Notes: a model not told the origin generated them from the sequence alone. A stretch of DNA of 64,000 nt from Oscillospiraceae bacterium (GCA_015063895.1 SVTG01000003.1:33253-97252), one strand, 5' to 3'; positions 1-8,100 are shown, numbered from the stretch's first letter. Numbers and translations are program-made.

Positions 1-2
1 CG

Positions 3-122
3 TTTTGGACTGTCAGACGCCTTCTGAAAGCACCCGTACGCCCACTTTCCATGCTGCAATCAGCCGCGGCACGCGGCAGGCTTTACGACGAGCTGCAGCT
101 GTTTGAAAAGGATAAAACGTGA
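3..122 (+). CDS. 3' end of an upstream CDS entering from the window edge (product unknown)
   Basis: Frame 3 is open from nt 3 to a TGA at 120-122, one nt before the next gene's ATG (TGAtATG). Only 39 codons are visible and show no recognisable motif. Confidence 0.3.
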   Translation, partial: FWTVRRLLKAPVRPLSMLQSAAARGRLYDELQLFEKDKT

Positions 123-123
123 T

Positions 124-858
124 ATGAAGCTAAAAATCGGCACCTACAATATACAGCACGGCGTACTGCACCAAAAGCGTCTGGATACGGGTGAGGTGGC
201 AGTTGATCTTGCCGCTGTGGCGGCAGTGATCGGCACGCACGCCCCCGACGTTTGTGCGCTGAACGAAATTTACGGCAATGAAGAAAGTCGCTTCGGCAAC
301 CAGCCGCGCCTGCTCGCCGACATGCTGGGCTATCCCCACCGTGCCTTTGCACGCGGCATCTACCACACCCTTGGCGAATACGGTAACGGACTGCTTTCCA
401 AATACCCCATCACCGCGCAACGCGTGGTACACCTCTGCATTCCCCCGGAAAAGCGAGCGGCCGGCGCCCGTCATTACGAGGACCGCGCCCTCCTGGTAGC
501 AACGCTTGACGTAAAGGGCACGCCCTTGTCGGTGCTTGCCTGCCATTTTGGCCTGAACGAGGATGAGATGACGCTGGCAGTCGATACGGTTTTAAAAGAA
601 GCCGACGCCATCAGCACGCCGCTTGTCCTGCTGGGAGATTTTAATTTTACCCCCGAAACGGTACATTATCAGCGCCTGGCAGCTGCTCTTTTTGACACCG
701 CAAGCCTCGTCAAGAGCGCCACACCGACCTTCCCCTCCGATGCCCCTGCCAGAAAGATCGATTACATTTTTACACGCGGTCTTACGGTTAGAGATTTTAT
801 CTGCCCCACGGTGGTGGCGTCTGACCATTTGCCGCTTTTTACAGAGATTGATTTTTGA
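124..858 (+). CDS. endonuclease/exonuclease/phosphatase (EEP) family protein
   Basis: N-terminal KIGTYNIQHG and C-terminal SDHLPL motifs are typical of the EEP fold. I prefer the ATG at 124 over the TTG at 103 given in the track. Confidence 0.8.
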   Translation: MKLKIGTYNIQHGVLHQKRLDTGEVAVDLAAVAAVIGTHAPDVCALNEIYGNEESRFGNQPRLLADMLGYPHRAFARGIYHTLGEYGNGLLSKYPITAQRVVHLCIPPEKRAAGARHYEDRALLVATLDVKGTPLSVLACHFGLNEDEMTLAVDTVLKEADAISTPLVLLGDFNFTPETVHYQRLAAALFDTASLVKSATPTFPSDAPARKIDYIFTRGLTVRDFICPTVVASDHLPLFTEIDF

Positions 859-872
859 CGTATTGAGGTTTT

Positions 873-1385
873 ATGAATAATATTGTTTTGATCGGCATGC
901 CCTCGTGCGGCAAAAGCACCGTGGGCGTACTGCTGGCCAAGCGTCTTGGCTTTCAGTTTATCGATACCGACCTGCTCTTGCAGCAAAAGACAGGCAAGCT
1001 CCTGCACCAAACCATTGCCGAAAAGGGGCTTGACGCCTTTCTTGCCCTTGAAAACGACCTTTGTGCAGGTCTTGAGGCTACAAATACCGTCATTGCAACG
1101 GGCGGCAGCGTCGTCTACGGCAAGCAGGCGATGCAGCATCTTCAGGAAATTGCCCATATCGTGTATTTGAAGATCAGCTATCGAACCCTTGTCGCGCGCC
1201 TTGGGGATTATGTCAATCGCGGCGTCGTGCTGCGCGACGGCATGACTCTGCACGATCTTTATCTTGAGCGCACGGCGCTTTACGAGCAATATGCAACCGT
1301 AACGGTTGACGAGGCCGCCTGTGCGGGAGGCCTCGGTCAGACACTTGAAAAAACGCTGACGTTGTGCCAAAATTTGCTCGCATAA
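873..1385 (+). CDS. aroK: shikimate kinase
   Basis: 170 aa with a P-loop GMPSCGKSTVG followed by FIDTD. Size and layout are typical of AroK. A GAGG RBS lies upstream. Confidence 0.9.
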   Translation: MNNIVLIGMPSCGKSTVGVLLAKRLGFQFIDTDLLLQQKTGKLLHQTIAEKGLDAFLALENDLCAGLEATNTVIATGGSVVYGKQAMQHLQEIAHIVYLKISYRTLVARLGDYVNRGVVLRDGMTLHDLYLERTALYEQYATVTVDEAACAGGLGQTLEKTLTLCQNLLA

Positions 1386-1437
1386 GGACAAATTTTGCGC
1401 GAAATCACTTTCCCCCTCAACTTTTTCATTTTCCCTA

Positions 1438-1466
1438 TTGACATTCGTATTTAGATTTGCTACAAT
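1438..1466 (+). promoter_or_regulatory. SigA-type promoter, TTGACA-17-TACAAT
   Basis: TTGACA at 1438-1443, a 17-nt spacer, then TACAAT at 1461-1466, about 50 nt upstream of the 1519 CDS. Confidence 0.55.
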
Positions 1467-1518
1467 GCGCTTGTAAGGTGTTATCACCCTATAAAATATT
1501 ATATTATGGAGCATAATC

Positions 1519-2598
1519 ATGAAAAAAATTGCCCTTATCGGTGCCGGTAACGGCGCACAAACCATGGCCGCAGACCTCGCCTCCCGTGGCTACGAGGTCA
1601 ATATGTATGAGCAATCTGCCTTCATCGGCAAGCTCGGTTGGCTCAAGGAAAGCAAGACCATTCGCGTAACCGGTGTGTTGAACGTGACCGCCAAGATCGC
1701 CATGCTCACCGACAATCTTGAGGAGGCCATCAAGGACGTGACCTATATCCTTGTCGTTACCCCCTCCTTTGCTCACGAGACCATCGCCGAACAACTCAAG
1801 GGCATCATTCGCAAGGACCAGGTGCTGGTTCTTTACCCCGGTGCATTTGCCGCACTGGTATTCAAGAAGATCCTCGGTGACGAGTGCCCCGTGATCGCCG
1901 AAGCAAACAACCTGCCCTACGACACGCGTCTGAAGGGTGAGGGCCTTGCCTTCTGCTCGGGCATCAACCCCATCAACATGGCATTCTTCCCCGCTGATGC
2001 AAAGGAAAAGTACTACGACGATATCAACGACTTTATCCCGATCCAGTACACCTACCGTGACGTGCTGGAGTGCGGTCTGTCGCTGGTAAATCCCGCCCTG
2101 CACTCCGGTGCCTGCGTCATCAATATCGGTATGATCGAGCAGCCCAGCCGCGGCGGCTTCCATATGTACGAGCACTTTACCGCAGGTGCCGCCAAGCTTG
2201 ACGTGGCACTTGACCGTGAGCGCAAGGAGATCGGCAAGGCACTTGGCTACGACCTGCGCCCCATCGAGGACTTTGCAGGCAAGCCCGCAGGCCACCAGAT
2301 CAACTGGAAGGAGCTTTACATGCAGATGCACGGCGACGTGGCTCTGACCGCCATTTCCGGCCCGAACGATATCTGGAACCGCTACCTCACCGAGGACTGC
2401 CCCAACGGCCTTGTTCCGTGGGTCGCTCTGGCTGAGCTTTGCGGCGTAGCTACCCCCACGATGCGCGCCATCATCACCATTTACAGCCACATTCACGAGC
2501 GTGACTGGTGGCAGGTCGGCCGTAAGCTTGACCGCCTTGGCCTTGACGGCATGACCAAGGAGCAGGTGCTTGAGTTTGTAAAGACCGGCAAAAAATAA
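1519..2598 (+). CDS. NAD(P)-dependent octopine/nopaline (opine) dehydrogenase family protein
   Basis: N-terminal Rossmann motif KIALIGAGNGAQ. The 359-aa length and overall pattern resemble opine dehydrogenase-family proteins. RBS TGGAG. Confidence 0.7.
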   Translation: MKKIALIGAGNGAQTMAADLASRGYEVNMYEQSAFIGKLGWLKESKTIRVTGVLNVTAKIAMLTDNLEEAIKDVTYILVVTPSFAHETIAEQLKGIIRKDQVLVLYPGAFAALVFKKILGDECPVIAEANNLPYDTRLKGEGLAFCSGINPINMAFFPADAKEKYYDDINDFIPIQYTYRDVLECGLSLVNPALHSGACVINIGMIEQPSRGGFHMYEHFTAGAAKLDVALDRERKEIGKALGYDLRPIEDFAGKPAGHQINWKELYMQMHGDVALTAISGPNDIWNRYLTEDCPNGLVPWVALAELCGVATPTMRAIITIYSHIHERDWWQVGRKLDRLGLDGMTKEQVLEFVKTGKK

Positions 2599-2614
2599 GC
2601 CTTTTTGAAAATCG

Positions 2615-2655
2615 CGCTTGGCGTGCTTCGCAACGGAACACGCCAAGCGTTTTTT
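2615..2655 (+). terminator. rho-independent terminator
   Basis: 11-bp stem CGCTTGGCGTG / CACGCCAAGCG followed by TTTTTT at 2650-2655. Confidence 0.7.
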
Positions 2656-2665
2656 GATCGGGGCA

Positions 2666-2694
2666 TTGACAGAGCGTGTCAAAAAAGGTACAAT
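2666..2694 (+). promoter_or_regulatory. SigA-type promoter, TTGACA-17-TACAAT
   Basis: TTGACA at 2666-2671, a 17-nt spacer, then TACAAT at 2689-2694, directly upstream of the 2732 CDS. Confidence 0.55.
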
Positions 2695-2731
2695 AGATAT
2701 GATCACATCTTAGCAAAAAGGAGTTTCCACT

Positions 2732-3661
2732 ATGTTAAAGCCCGAACAAATTATGGATGCAGCCGCGCGCGGCTTTTTACGCAATCGCGGCACCGAATGC
2801 TTTTCGGGGCGCATCGTGCCGCGCGGCACGGTGTTTACCGCCGAACATTTTGAAGCCATGGCCGAGCTTTCGCGCCGCTTTGGCGACGGACGCCTGATCG
2901 CCACCTCGCGCCAGGCTGTTGAAATTCCCCATATCGCATACGAGGATCTTGAGGCCGCAGAGGCCTTTGCCGCAGCGCACGGGCTTGCCTTCGGCGGCAC
3001 GGGGCCGCGCGTGCGCCCCGTTACCGCCTGCAAGGGCACGACCTGTGTATACGGCAACACGGATACGCTTGCCCTGGCCGCGCAGATCCACGACCTGTAT
3101 TACGAGGGCTGGCACCATATCAAGCTGCCCCACAAATTTAAGATCGGCATTGGCGGTTGCCCCAACAGCTGTATCAAGCCTTCCCTGAACGACTTTGGTG
3201 TAGAGGGGTGTCGCACACCGATCCTCGATCAGTCTCTTTGCCGCGGCTGTAAGGTCTGCGCCGTGGAAGCAGCCTGCCCGATGAAGGCAGCCACCCTGCA
3301 AGATGGCCGACTGACGATCGACCGGGCGCTGTGCAACAGCTGTGGCCGCTGCACGGGCAAATGCCCCTTTGGTGCGGTTGCGAAGGAAAGCCCTACCCTT
3401 TACCGCGTATTCGTGGGCGGCACGTGGGGCAAGACCACGCAAATGGGCAAGACGCTGTCACGCCTTGTAAAAGAGGACGAGGTCGCGCTTCTGCTTGAAA
3501 AGGCAATGCTGTGGTTCCGTAAGAACGGATACGTAAAAGAGCGCTTTGCCAAGACCATTGACCGCGTGGGACTTGATAGCCTTGAGGCTGCGCTCTTTGG
3601 CGACGAGATTTTAAACGAAAAGGACGAGATCCTCGCAGGAGAGTTGAAAACACCCAACTGA
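2732..3661 (+). CDS. nitrite/sulfite reductase-like (DsrA/B- or AsrC-like) 4Fe-4S protein with inserted 2x[4Fe-4S] ferredoxin domain
   Basis: Contains CKGTTCVYG and GGCPNSC (sulfite-reductase-type cluster ligands), plus two CxxCxxCxxxCP ferredoxin motifs (CRGCKVCAVEAACP, CNSCGRCTGKCP). RBS AAGGAG. Confidence 0.65.
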   Translation: MLKPEQIMDAAARGFLRNRGTECFSGRIVPRGTVFTAEHFEAMAELSRRFGDGRLIATSRQAVEIPHIAYEDLEAAEAFAAAHGLAFGGTGPRVRPVTACKGTTCVYGNTDTLALAAQIHDLYYEGWHHIKLPHKFKIGIGGCPNSCIKPSLNDFGVEGCRTPILDQSLCRGCKVCAVEAACPMKAATLQDGRLTIDRALCNSCGRCTGKCPFGAVAKESPTLYRVFVGGTWGKTTQMGKTLSRLVKEDEVALLLEKAMLWFRKNGYVKERFAKTIDRVGLDSLEAALFGDEILNEKDEILAGELKTPN

Positions 3662-3662
3662 C

Positions 3663-3697
3663 AAAAAATGCCGTGTGCACAGCACACGGCATTTTTT
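3663..3697. terminator. bidirectional rho-independent terminator between convergent genes
   Basis: Stem TGCCGTGTG (3669-3677) / CACACGGCA (3683-3691), flanked by an A-run and a T-run. Confidence 0.75.
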
Positions 3698-3702
3698 ATA
3701 TC

Positions 3703-4020
3703 TTAAAGCACTGCGGCAGGCTCGCCTGCGGCGATCTCCTCCTCAACGGGGGCCTCCTCAGCGGCAGCAAGTGCCTCCTCATACGCAGCAATCACAGCAT
3801 CCTCTAACGTTGCACGGAACTGCGCGTTGATGGGGTGCACGATATCACGGTAGGTATCGTCGGGATTTTTGCGGCTGGGCATCACGATAAAGAAGCGGTC
3901 ACGGGCATTGATCACCTTAATGTCGTGTACAGCCAGCTGGCTGTCAAAGGTCACCGACACAACAGCCTTCATCGGTCCATCGTCAAATAATTTGCGAATT
4001 TTAATATCTGTAATCTGCAT
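3703..4020 (-). CDS. spoVG: septation/sporulation regulator SpoVG
   Basis: Begins MQITDIKIRK...AVVSVTFD...VHDIKVI, the classic SpoVG N-terminus. The start is moved to 4020, where a GGAGG RBS lies upstream; the track ORF runs on to 4068. Confidence 0.95.
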   Translation of the reverse strand: MQITDIKIRKLFDDGPMKAVVSVTFDSQLAVHDIKVINARDRFFIVMPSRKNPDDTYRDIVHPINAQFRATLEDAVIAAYEEALAAAEEAPVEEEIAAGEPAAVL

Positions 4021-4188
4021 TTTTCTGCCTCCTTGAAGTTTTTTGCAATGAATTGGCATTTCAAGCATATCTTTAGTATAAAGTATTTTTGTGGAAGTTA
4101 TTCAATAAAAACGTGTTTTTTGTGTGAAAATCATCAATTATTTACAACAAATTCCACTATTTTTCGCCACATACAGGAGGTAACCGAC

Positions 4189-5589
4189 ATGCCCCTTCCA
4201 AACACCCATCATACCCCACACGAGGTCAAGCAAGCCCTTGATACCTGCCATCGACTGTGGTTTATCGGCATCGGCGGCATTCACATGTGTGCGCTGGCCA
4301 TGATTTCAAAGGCGCGCGGCTTTACCGTAGCAGGCTCAGACCTTGCCGAAAATGAGAACGTCAGAGCCCTGCGCGACGCAGGCATCGGGGTGTATCCCCA
4401 GCATAACGCCGCGCAAATGGCCACCTTTGATGCTGTGATTTATACCCTTGCCATCAGCAAAGACAATCCCGAATACCGTGCGGCGCTGCGCCTGGGGCTG
4501 CCGCTGTTCTCGCGCGCCGATTTTCTTGGCTATCTGCTCTCGGGGTATCCCACGCGCATCGGCGTTGCAGGCAGCCACGGCAAAAGCACCACCACGGCCA
4601 TGCTGGGGCAGATCCTTGAAAAAGCGCAAAAAAGCCCTACCGTCGTTTGCGGCGCACAAATGCGGCACACAGGCACCCCCTTTGCATTGGGCACAGGTGA
4701 TACCTGTATTTACGAGGCGTGTGAATACGGCAATTCCTTTTTGCGCCTGCCCCCGACGCTGGCCGTCATTCTCAATGCCGAGTTGGATCACGTGGATTTT
4801 TTCAAAAGCCGCGAGATGCTCCTGCATGCCTTTGGCAAATTTGCACGCCCCGCCACCGAGATCCTGGTGCCGTTTGACGACAAGGCGCTGCAAAATGCCC
4901 TGCCACGGGGCGTGAAATTTTACACCTTCGGCACCGAAGGTGAGGCCGACTACACCGCCGATCAGGTGACTCTTAAAAACGGCATGGGGCAATTCACTCC
5001 CGTTTTCAGAGGCAATCCGACAGGACGCGTCACGCTGCGCGTGCCCGGCCTTCATAACGTCAAAAATGCACTGGCAGCAGCGGGGGCCGCCCACCTTTCG
5101 GGTGTTTCCTGTGCCGATATTTTAACAGGTCTTTCGGCCTTTGGGGGCGTCGCGCGACGCATGGAATACCGCGGTATTTTTTGCGGTGCGCGTATCTTTG
5201 ACGACTATGCCCACCACCCGACCGAGATCGCCGCCTCCCTCACCACAGCACGGTCCCTGTGCCACGGGGGACGCCTTTTCGTGCTCTTTCAATCACACAC
5301 CTATTCGCGCACAGCAGCGTTTTTTGACGACATTGCCGCCGCCCTGCGCGTGGCTGACCGTGTACTGCTCAGCGACATTTACCCCGCACGCGAAACAAAT
5401 ACCTTTGGCGTATCCGTCAAGGCATTGGCTAAAACAACGGGGGCGCACGCTACCTACATACAAACGCTTGCAGATGCCGCGGCGCTCTTAGAAAAGGAAT
5501 TGCAGCCAAACGATCTGCTTGTGATCATGGGCGCAGGGGACGTCGGGCGCATTTTTACACATTTTTCAAAAAAGCACTTTACAACCTAA
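4189..5589 (+). CDS. murC: UDP-N-acetylmuramate--L-alanine ligase
   Basis: FIGIGGIHMCALA and GVAGSHGKSTTTAM Mur-ligase motifs. Start is the ATG at 4189, after an AGGAGG RBS. Confidence 0.9.
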   Translation: MPLPNTHHTPHEVKQALDTCHRLWFIGIGGIHMCALAMISKARGFTVAGSDLAENENVRALRDAGIGVYPQHNAAQMATFDAVIYTLAISKDNPEYRAALRLGLPLFSRADFLGYLLSGYPTRIGVAGSHGKSTTTAMLGQILEKAQKSPTVVCGAQMRHTGTPFALGTGDTCIYEACEYGNSFLRLPPTLAVILNAELDHVDFFKSREMLLHAFGKFARPATEILVPFDDKALQNALPRGVKFYTFGTEGEADYTADQVTLKNGMGQFTPVFRGNPTGRVTLRVPGLHNVKNALAAAGAAHLSGVSCADILTGLSAFGGVARRMEYRGIFCGARIFDDYAHHPTEIAASLTTARSLCHGGRLFVLFQSHTYSRTAAFFDDIAAALRVADRVLLSDIYPARETNTFGVSVKALAKTTGAHATYIQTLADAAALLEKELQPNDLLVIMGAGDVGRIFTHFSKKHFTT

Positions 5590-5645
5590 TCAAAATCGGC
5601 TACAATATTACTATATTTCAAATCACAGCACCAAGGAGGGATACC

Positions 5646-6401
5646 GTGCAGGCTTATGAGGCACTGGCCGCCGTTTACGACACCTTAAACGGCGAGGTCG
5701 ATTATGAAAAGATCGCCACGTTTTATGAAAAATGCTTTGAAAAGGCCAACCAAAAGCCGCAGCTGGTGCTTGACCTTGGGTGTGGTACGGGCAAAATGAC
5801 GGCCGTGCTTGCCGCGCGCGGATACGATATGATCGGCGTAGATGGCAGTGCCGAGATGCTTTCACGCGCCTTTGAGCGCAAATATGAGTGCGAGGGTGGC
5901 GAGCGCATGCTGTTTTTACAGCAGGATATGCGCAGCTTTGAGCTGTATGGCACGGTAGGGGCCGTTGTCAGCACGCTGGACTGCATCAATTATCTCACAA
6001 ACGAGGCTGACCTTGCGCGCTGCTTTGCCCTGGTGCATAATTATCTTGACCCCGACGGCATCTTTTTATTTGACGTCAATACCCCTTATAAATTTGAAAA
6101 TATTTTCGCCGACAACGCCTATATTTTAGAGGACGAAGCCTGCTATTGCGGCTGGCAAAACGACTACGACAGAGAAAGCGGCCTGTGCCGTTTTTATCTG
6201 TCGGTATTTGAAGAAACAGAAAACGGCACCTACCGCCGCACCGACGAGGAGCAGACCGAGCGCGCCTACACCAAGCAGGCGCTGACGGACGCCCTTAGCA
6301 AGGCGGGCTTTGCCGATATCGCCTTTTATGCCGACACCGATTTCAGCACACCCGACGAGCAAAGTCAGCGCTGGTTTGTGAAGGCAATTTGTAAAAAGTG
6401 A
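5646..6401 (+). CDS. class I SAM-dependent methyltransferase
   Basis: VLDLGCGTG motif I. GTG start at 5646 with an AAGGAGG RBS. Confidence 0.8.
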   Translation: MQAYEALAAVYDTLNGEVDYEKIATFYEKCFEKANQKPQLVLDLGCGTGKMTAVLAARGYDMIGVDGSAEMLSRAFERKYECEGGERMLFLQQDMRSFELYGTVGAVVSTLDCINYLTNEADLARCFALVHNYLDPDGIFLFDVNTPYKFENIFADNAYILEDEACYCGWQNDYDRESGLCRFYLSVFEETENGTYRRTDEEQTERAYTKQALTDALSKAGFADIAFYADTDFSTPDEQSQRWFVKAICKK

Positions 6402-6409
6402 GGAAGATC

Positions 6410-7306
6410 ATGCAAAAATCCACTATCCTGCGCGGTATCACGCGCGACGGCAGTGCACGCATTCACGTCATTGATGCCAAGGCCATCGTCAACGAGGCCA
6501 TTCGTATTCATAAAACCGCTCCCACCGCAACTGCCGCCCTCGGGCGTCTGCTGACCGGTGCATCCATTATGGGCTCCATGCTCGGTGAAAAGACCGACGT
6601 CATGACCGTAACGGTTTCGGGCGACGGTGCACTCGGTAAGATGATCGCCACCACCGATTATATGGGCAACGTGCGCGGCTACGTACAAAACCCGGGGGTG
6701 GATCTGCCCCTCAAGGCAAACGGTAAGCTTGACGTAGGCGGCGCCGTTGGCAAGGGCACGATGACGGTGATCAAGGATATCGGCGGTAAGGAGCCCTACC
6801 ACGGAACCGTACCGCTTGTCAGCGGCGAAATTGCCGAGGATATTGCCGCTTATTATGCCGAAAGCGAGCAGGTCCCCACACTCCTTGCGCTCGGTGTGCT
6901 GGTCGATACCGACGGCTCCTGCCGTGCGGCAGGCGGCGTTATGGTGCAGCTTTTACCCTTTGCCGACGAGGCCGTGATCACGCAGCTTGAGCAAAACGCA
7001 TCGTTGCTCGGTAACGTTTCCGCCATGTTTGACGGGGGTCTTACGCTGGAGCAGATCGCCACGATCGCCCTGACGGGGATCGAATTTGACGTATTTGACG
7101 AGTTTGACGTGGCTTACCGCTGCACCTGCTCACGCGCGCGTGTCCGTGAAGCGCTGATCGCCGTGGGGGAAAAGGAGCTAATAGAAATGCTTGCCGAGCA
7201 GGTGGCCGAGGGCAAGCCCGAGGTGCTTGAGGTAGGTTGTCAATTCTGCGGCAACAATTATGTATTTGACAAGGCCGAAATTGAGGGCTTTTTTAAAAAA
7301 ACTTGA
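6410..7306 (+). CDS. hslO: Hsp33 family redox-regulated chaperone
   Basis: C-terminal zinc centre CTCS...CQFCG and Hsp33-like length. The ATG at 6410 follows a GAGGAAG RBS. Confidence 0.9.
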   Translation: MQKSTILRGITRDGSARIHVIDAKAIVNEAIRIHKTAPTATAALGRLLTGASIMGSMLGEKTDVMTVTVSGDGALGKMIATTDYMGNVRGYVQNPGVDLPLKANGKLDVGGAVGKGTMTVIKDIGGKEPYHGTVPLVSGEIAEDIAAYYAESEQVPTLLALGVLVDTDGSCRAAGGVMVQLLPFADEAVITQLEQNASLLGNVSAMFDGGLTLEQIATIALTGIEFDVFDEFDVAYRCTCSRARVREALIAVGEKELIEMLAEQVAEGKPEVLEVGCQFCGNNYVFDKAEIEGFFKKT

Positions 7307-7325
7307 AAAAACTTTCAAAAAAGTG

Positions 7326-7354
7326 TTGACAAGCGAGAAAGCCTATGTTATAAT
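7326..7354 (+). promoter_or_regulatory. SigA-type promoter of the tRNA operon, TTGACA-17-(TGt)TATAAT
   Basis: TTGACA at 7326-7331, a 17-nt spacer, then TATAAT at 7349-7354 preceded by TGt (extended -10). Confidence 0.65.
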
Positions 7355-7395
7355 ATCAAAGTCGCTGGAACGGAGTACTGTTCTCGCGATGGCCT

Positions 7396-7472
7396 GGCCC
7401 GGTAGTTCAGTCGGTTAGAACGCTAGCCTGTCACGCTAGAGGTCGTGGGTTCGAGTCCCATCCGGGTCGCCA
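7396..7472 (+). tRNA. tRNA-Asp (anticodon GTC)
   Basis: Cloverleaf folded by hand: acceptor GGCCCGG/CCGGGTC, anticodon loop CCTGTCACG, T-loop GGTTCGAGTCC, encoded CCA. Confidence 0.9.
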
Positions 7473-7477
7473 GTTTT

Positions 7478-7553
7478 GCCTCTGTAGCTCAGTTGGTAGA
7501 GCAGGGGACTGAAAATCCCCGTGTCGTTGGTTCGATTCCGACCGGAGGCACCA
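7478..7553 (+). tRNA. tRNA-Phe (anticodon GAA)
   Basis: Acceptor GCCTCTG/CGGAGGC, D-arm TAGCTCAGTTGGTAGAGC, anticodon loop ACTGAAAAT, T-loop GGTTCGATTCC, encoded CCA. Confidence 0.9.
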
Positions 7554-7555
7554 TT

Positions 7556-7631
7556 GCGGATTTAGCTCATTTGGTAGAGCGCGACCTTGCCAAGGTCGAG
7601 GTGGCGGGTTCGAGCCCCGTAATCCGCTCCA
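7556..7631 (+). tRNA. tRNA-Gly (anticodon GCC)
   Basis: Acceptor GCGGATT/AATCCGC, anticodon loop CTTGCCAAG, T-loop GGTTCGAGCCC, discriminator T, encoded CCA. Confidence 0.9.
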
Positions 7632-7639
7632 AAACGCAA

Positions 7640-7665
7640 GGGCACCCATTCGGGTGCCCTTTTTT
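7640..7665 (+). terminator. rho-independent terminator of the tRNA operon
   Basis: GGGCACCC-ATTC-GGGTGCCC followed by TTTTTT. Confidence 0.8.
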
Positions 7666-7680
7666 GCGTTTTGGGGCGGA

Positions 7681-7784
7681 TTACGGGGCGAGAAATGCCG
7701 TTGATTGCAAGGCAATCAACGGCGGGAAGAATGCCGATTTGGCTCTGCCAACGGCGGTGTTTAGCCGCCGAGGCATTCTGTTTT
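7681..7784. repeat. 104-nt structured repeat module, copy 1
   Basis: Matches 7870-7973 at 101 of 104 positions. Contains a 12-bp hairpin (7697-7708/7712-7723) and a nested stem AGAATGCC/GGCATTCT (7728-7735/7772-7779). Confidence 0.85.
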
Positions 7785-7831
7785 ATTCGCCGCAGGCGAA
7801 TTACACGAGCCCCGTACACATCAGTATTTTC

Positions 7832-7858
7832 CCACCCCAATCGGGTGGTGCTTTTTTT
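7832..7858 (+). terminator. terminator-like hairpin plus T-run inside the second repeat unit
   Basis: CCACCC-CAATC-GGGTGG, then TGC and TTTTTTT. It occupies the same relative position as the tRNA terminator does in the first 195-bp unit. Confidence 0.5.
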
Positions 7859-7869
7859 GCTGTCGCGTC

Positions 7870-7973
7870 TTACGGGGCGAGAACTGCCGTTGATTGCAGA
7901 GCAATCAACGGCGGGAAGAATGCCGATTTGGCTCTGCCAACGGCGGTGTTTAGCCGCCGAGGCATTCTGTTTT
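7870..7973. repeat. 104-nt structured repeat module, copy 2
   Basis: Matches 7681-7784 at 101 of 104 positions. The three differences fall in a linker (1) and in the P2 loop (2). Confidence 0.85.
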
Positions 7974-8100
7974 CCTCAAGCGCCGAGCGCTTGAGGTAGA
8001 CGAGCCCCGACTGTTGCCATGCCCCCCTATTCTCTGCTTCTTTCCTCCTACACCGAACTCATATATCGTTCTCTTTTTTCTTGTTTTCTTCCCCCATTAC

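Noticed and set aside
1504-2706. 400-aa minus-strand ORF
   Set aside because: It is antisense to the opine-dehydrogenase-family gene, has no RBS and is low-complexity Ala/Gly/Val/His-rich. The same reasoning applies to other long antisense ORFs: 30514-31674, 33033-33995, 40879-42546, 50885-52027, 53099-54766, 56416-58011, 45739-46581 and 16798-17607.
4033-4188. N-terminal 52 codons of the track's murC ORF, and similar 5' extensions on spoVG, lepA, hemW, pepP, cls, infB, NUDIX, GH4, holB and the ferredoxin
   Set aside because: In each case an internal start codon is preceded by a good RBS and matches the conserved family N-terminus. The upstream extension is AT-rich promoter DNA or overlaps the neighbouring gene.
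7681-7973. Possible CRISPR array
   Set aside because: There are only two copies. The repeats are 104 nt, far longer than CRISPR repeats. The 85-nt 'spacer' contains a terminator, and no cas genes are in the window.
7445-7999. 184-aa ORF with an internal repeat (YGAR.AVDC.AINGGKNADLALPTAVFSRRGILF, twice)
   Set aside because: It reads straight through three tRNA genes, a terminator and the two 104-nt DNA repeats. It has no RBS, and the 'protein repeat' is simply the translated DNA repeat.
7611-8011. Integrated prophage, ICE or genomic island at tRNA-Gly
   Set aside because: The tRNA-derived direct repeats bracket only 195-bp non-coding units. No integrase or any other CDS lies between them. 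At most this is a tiny non-autonomous element or a local duplication.
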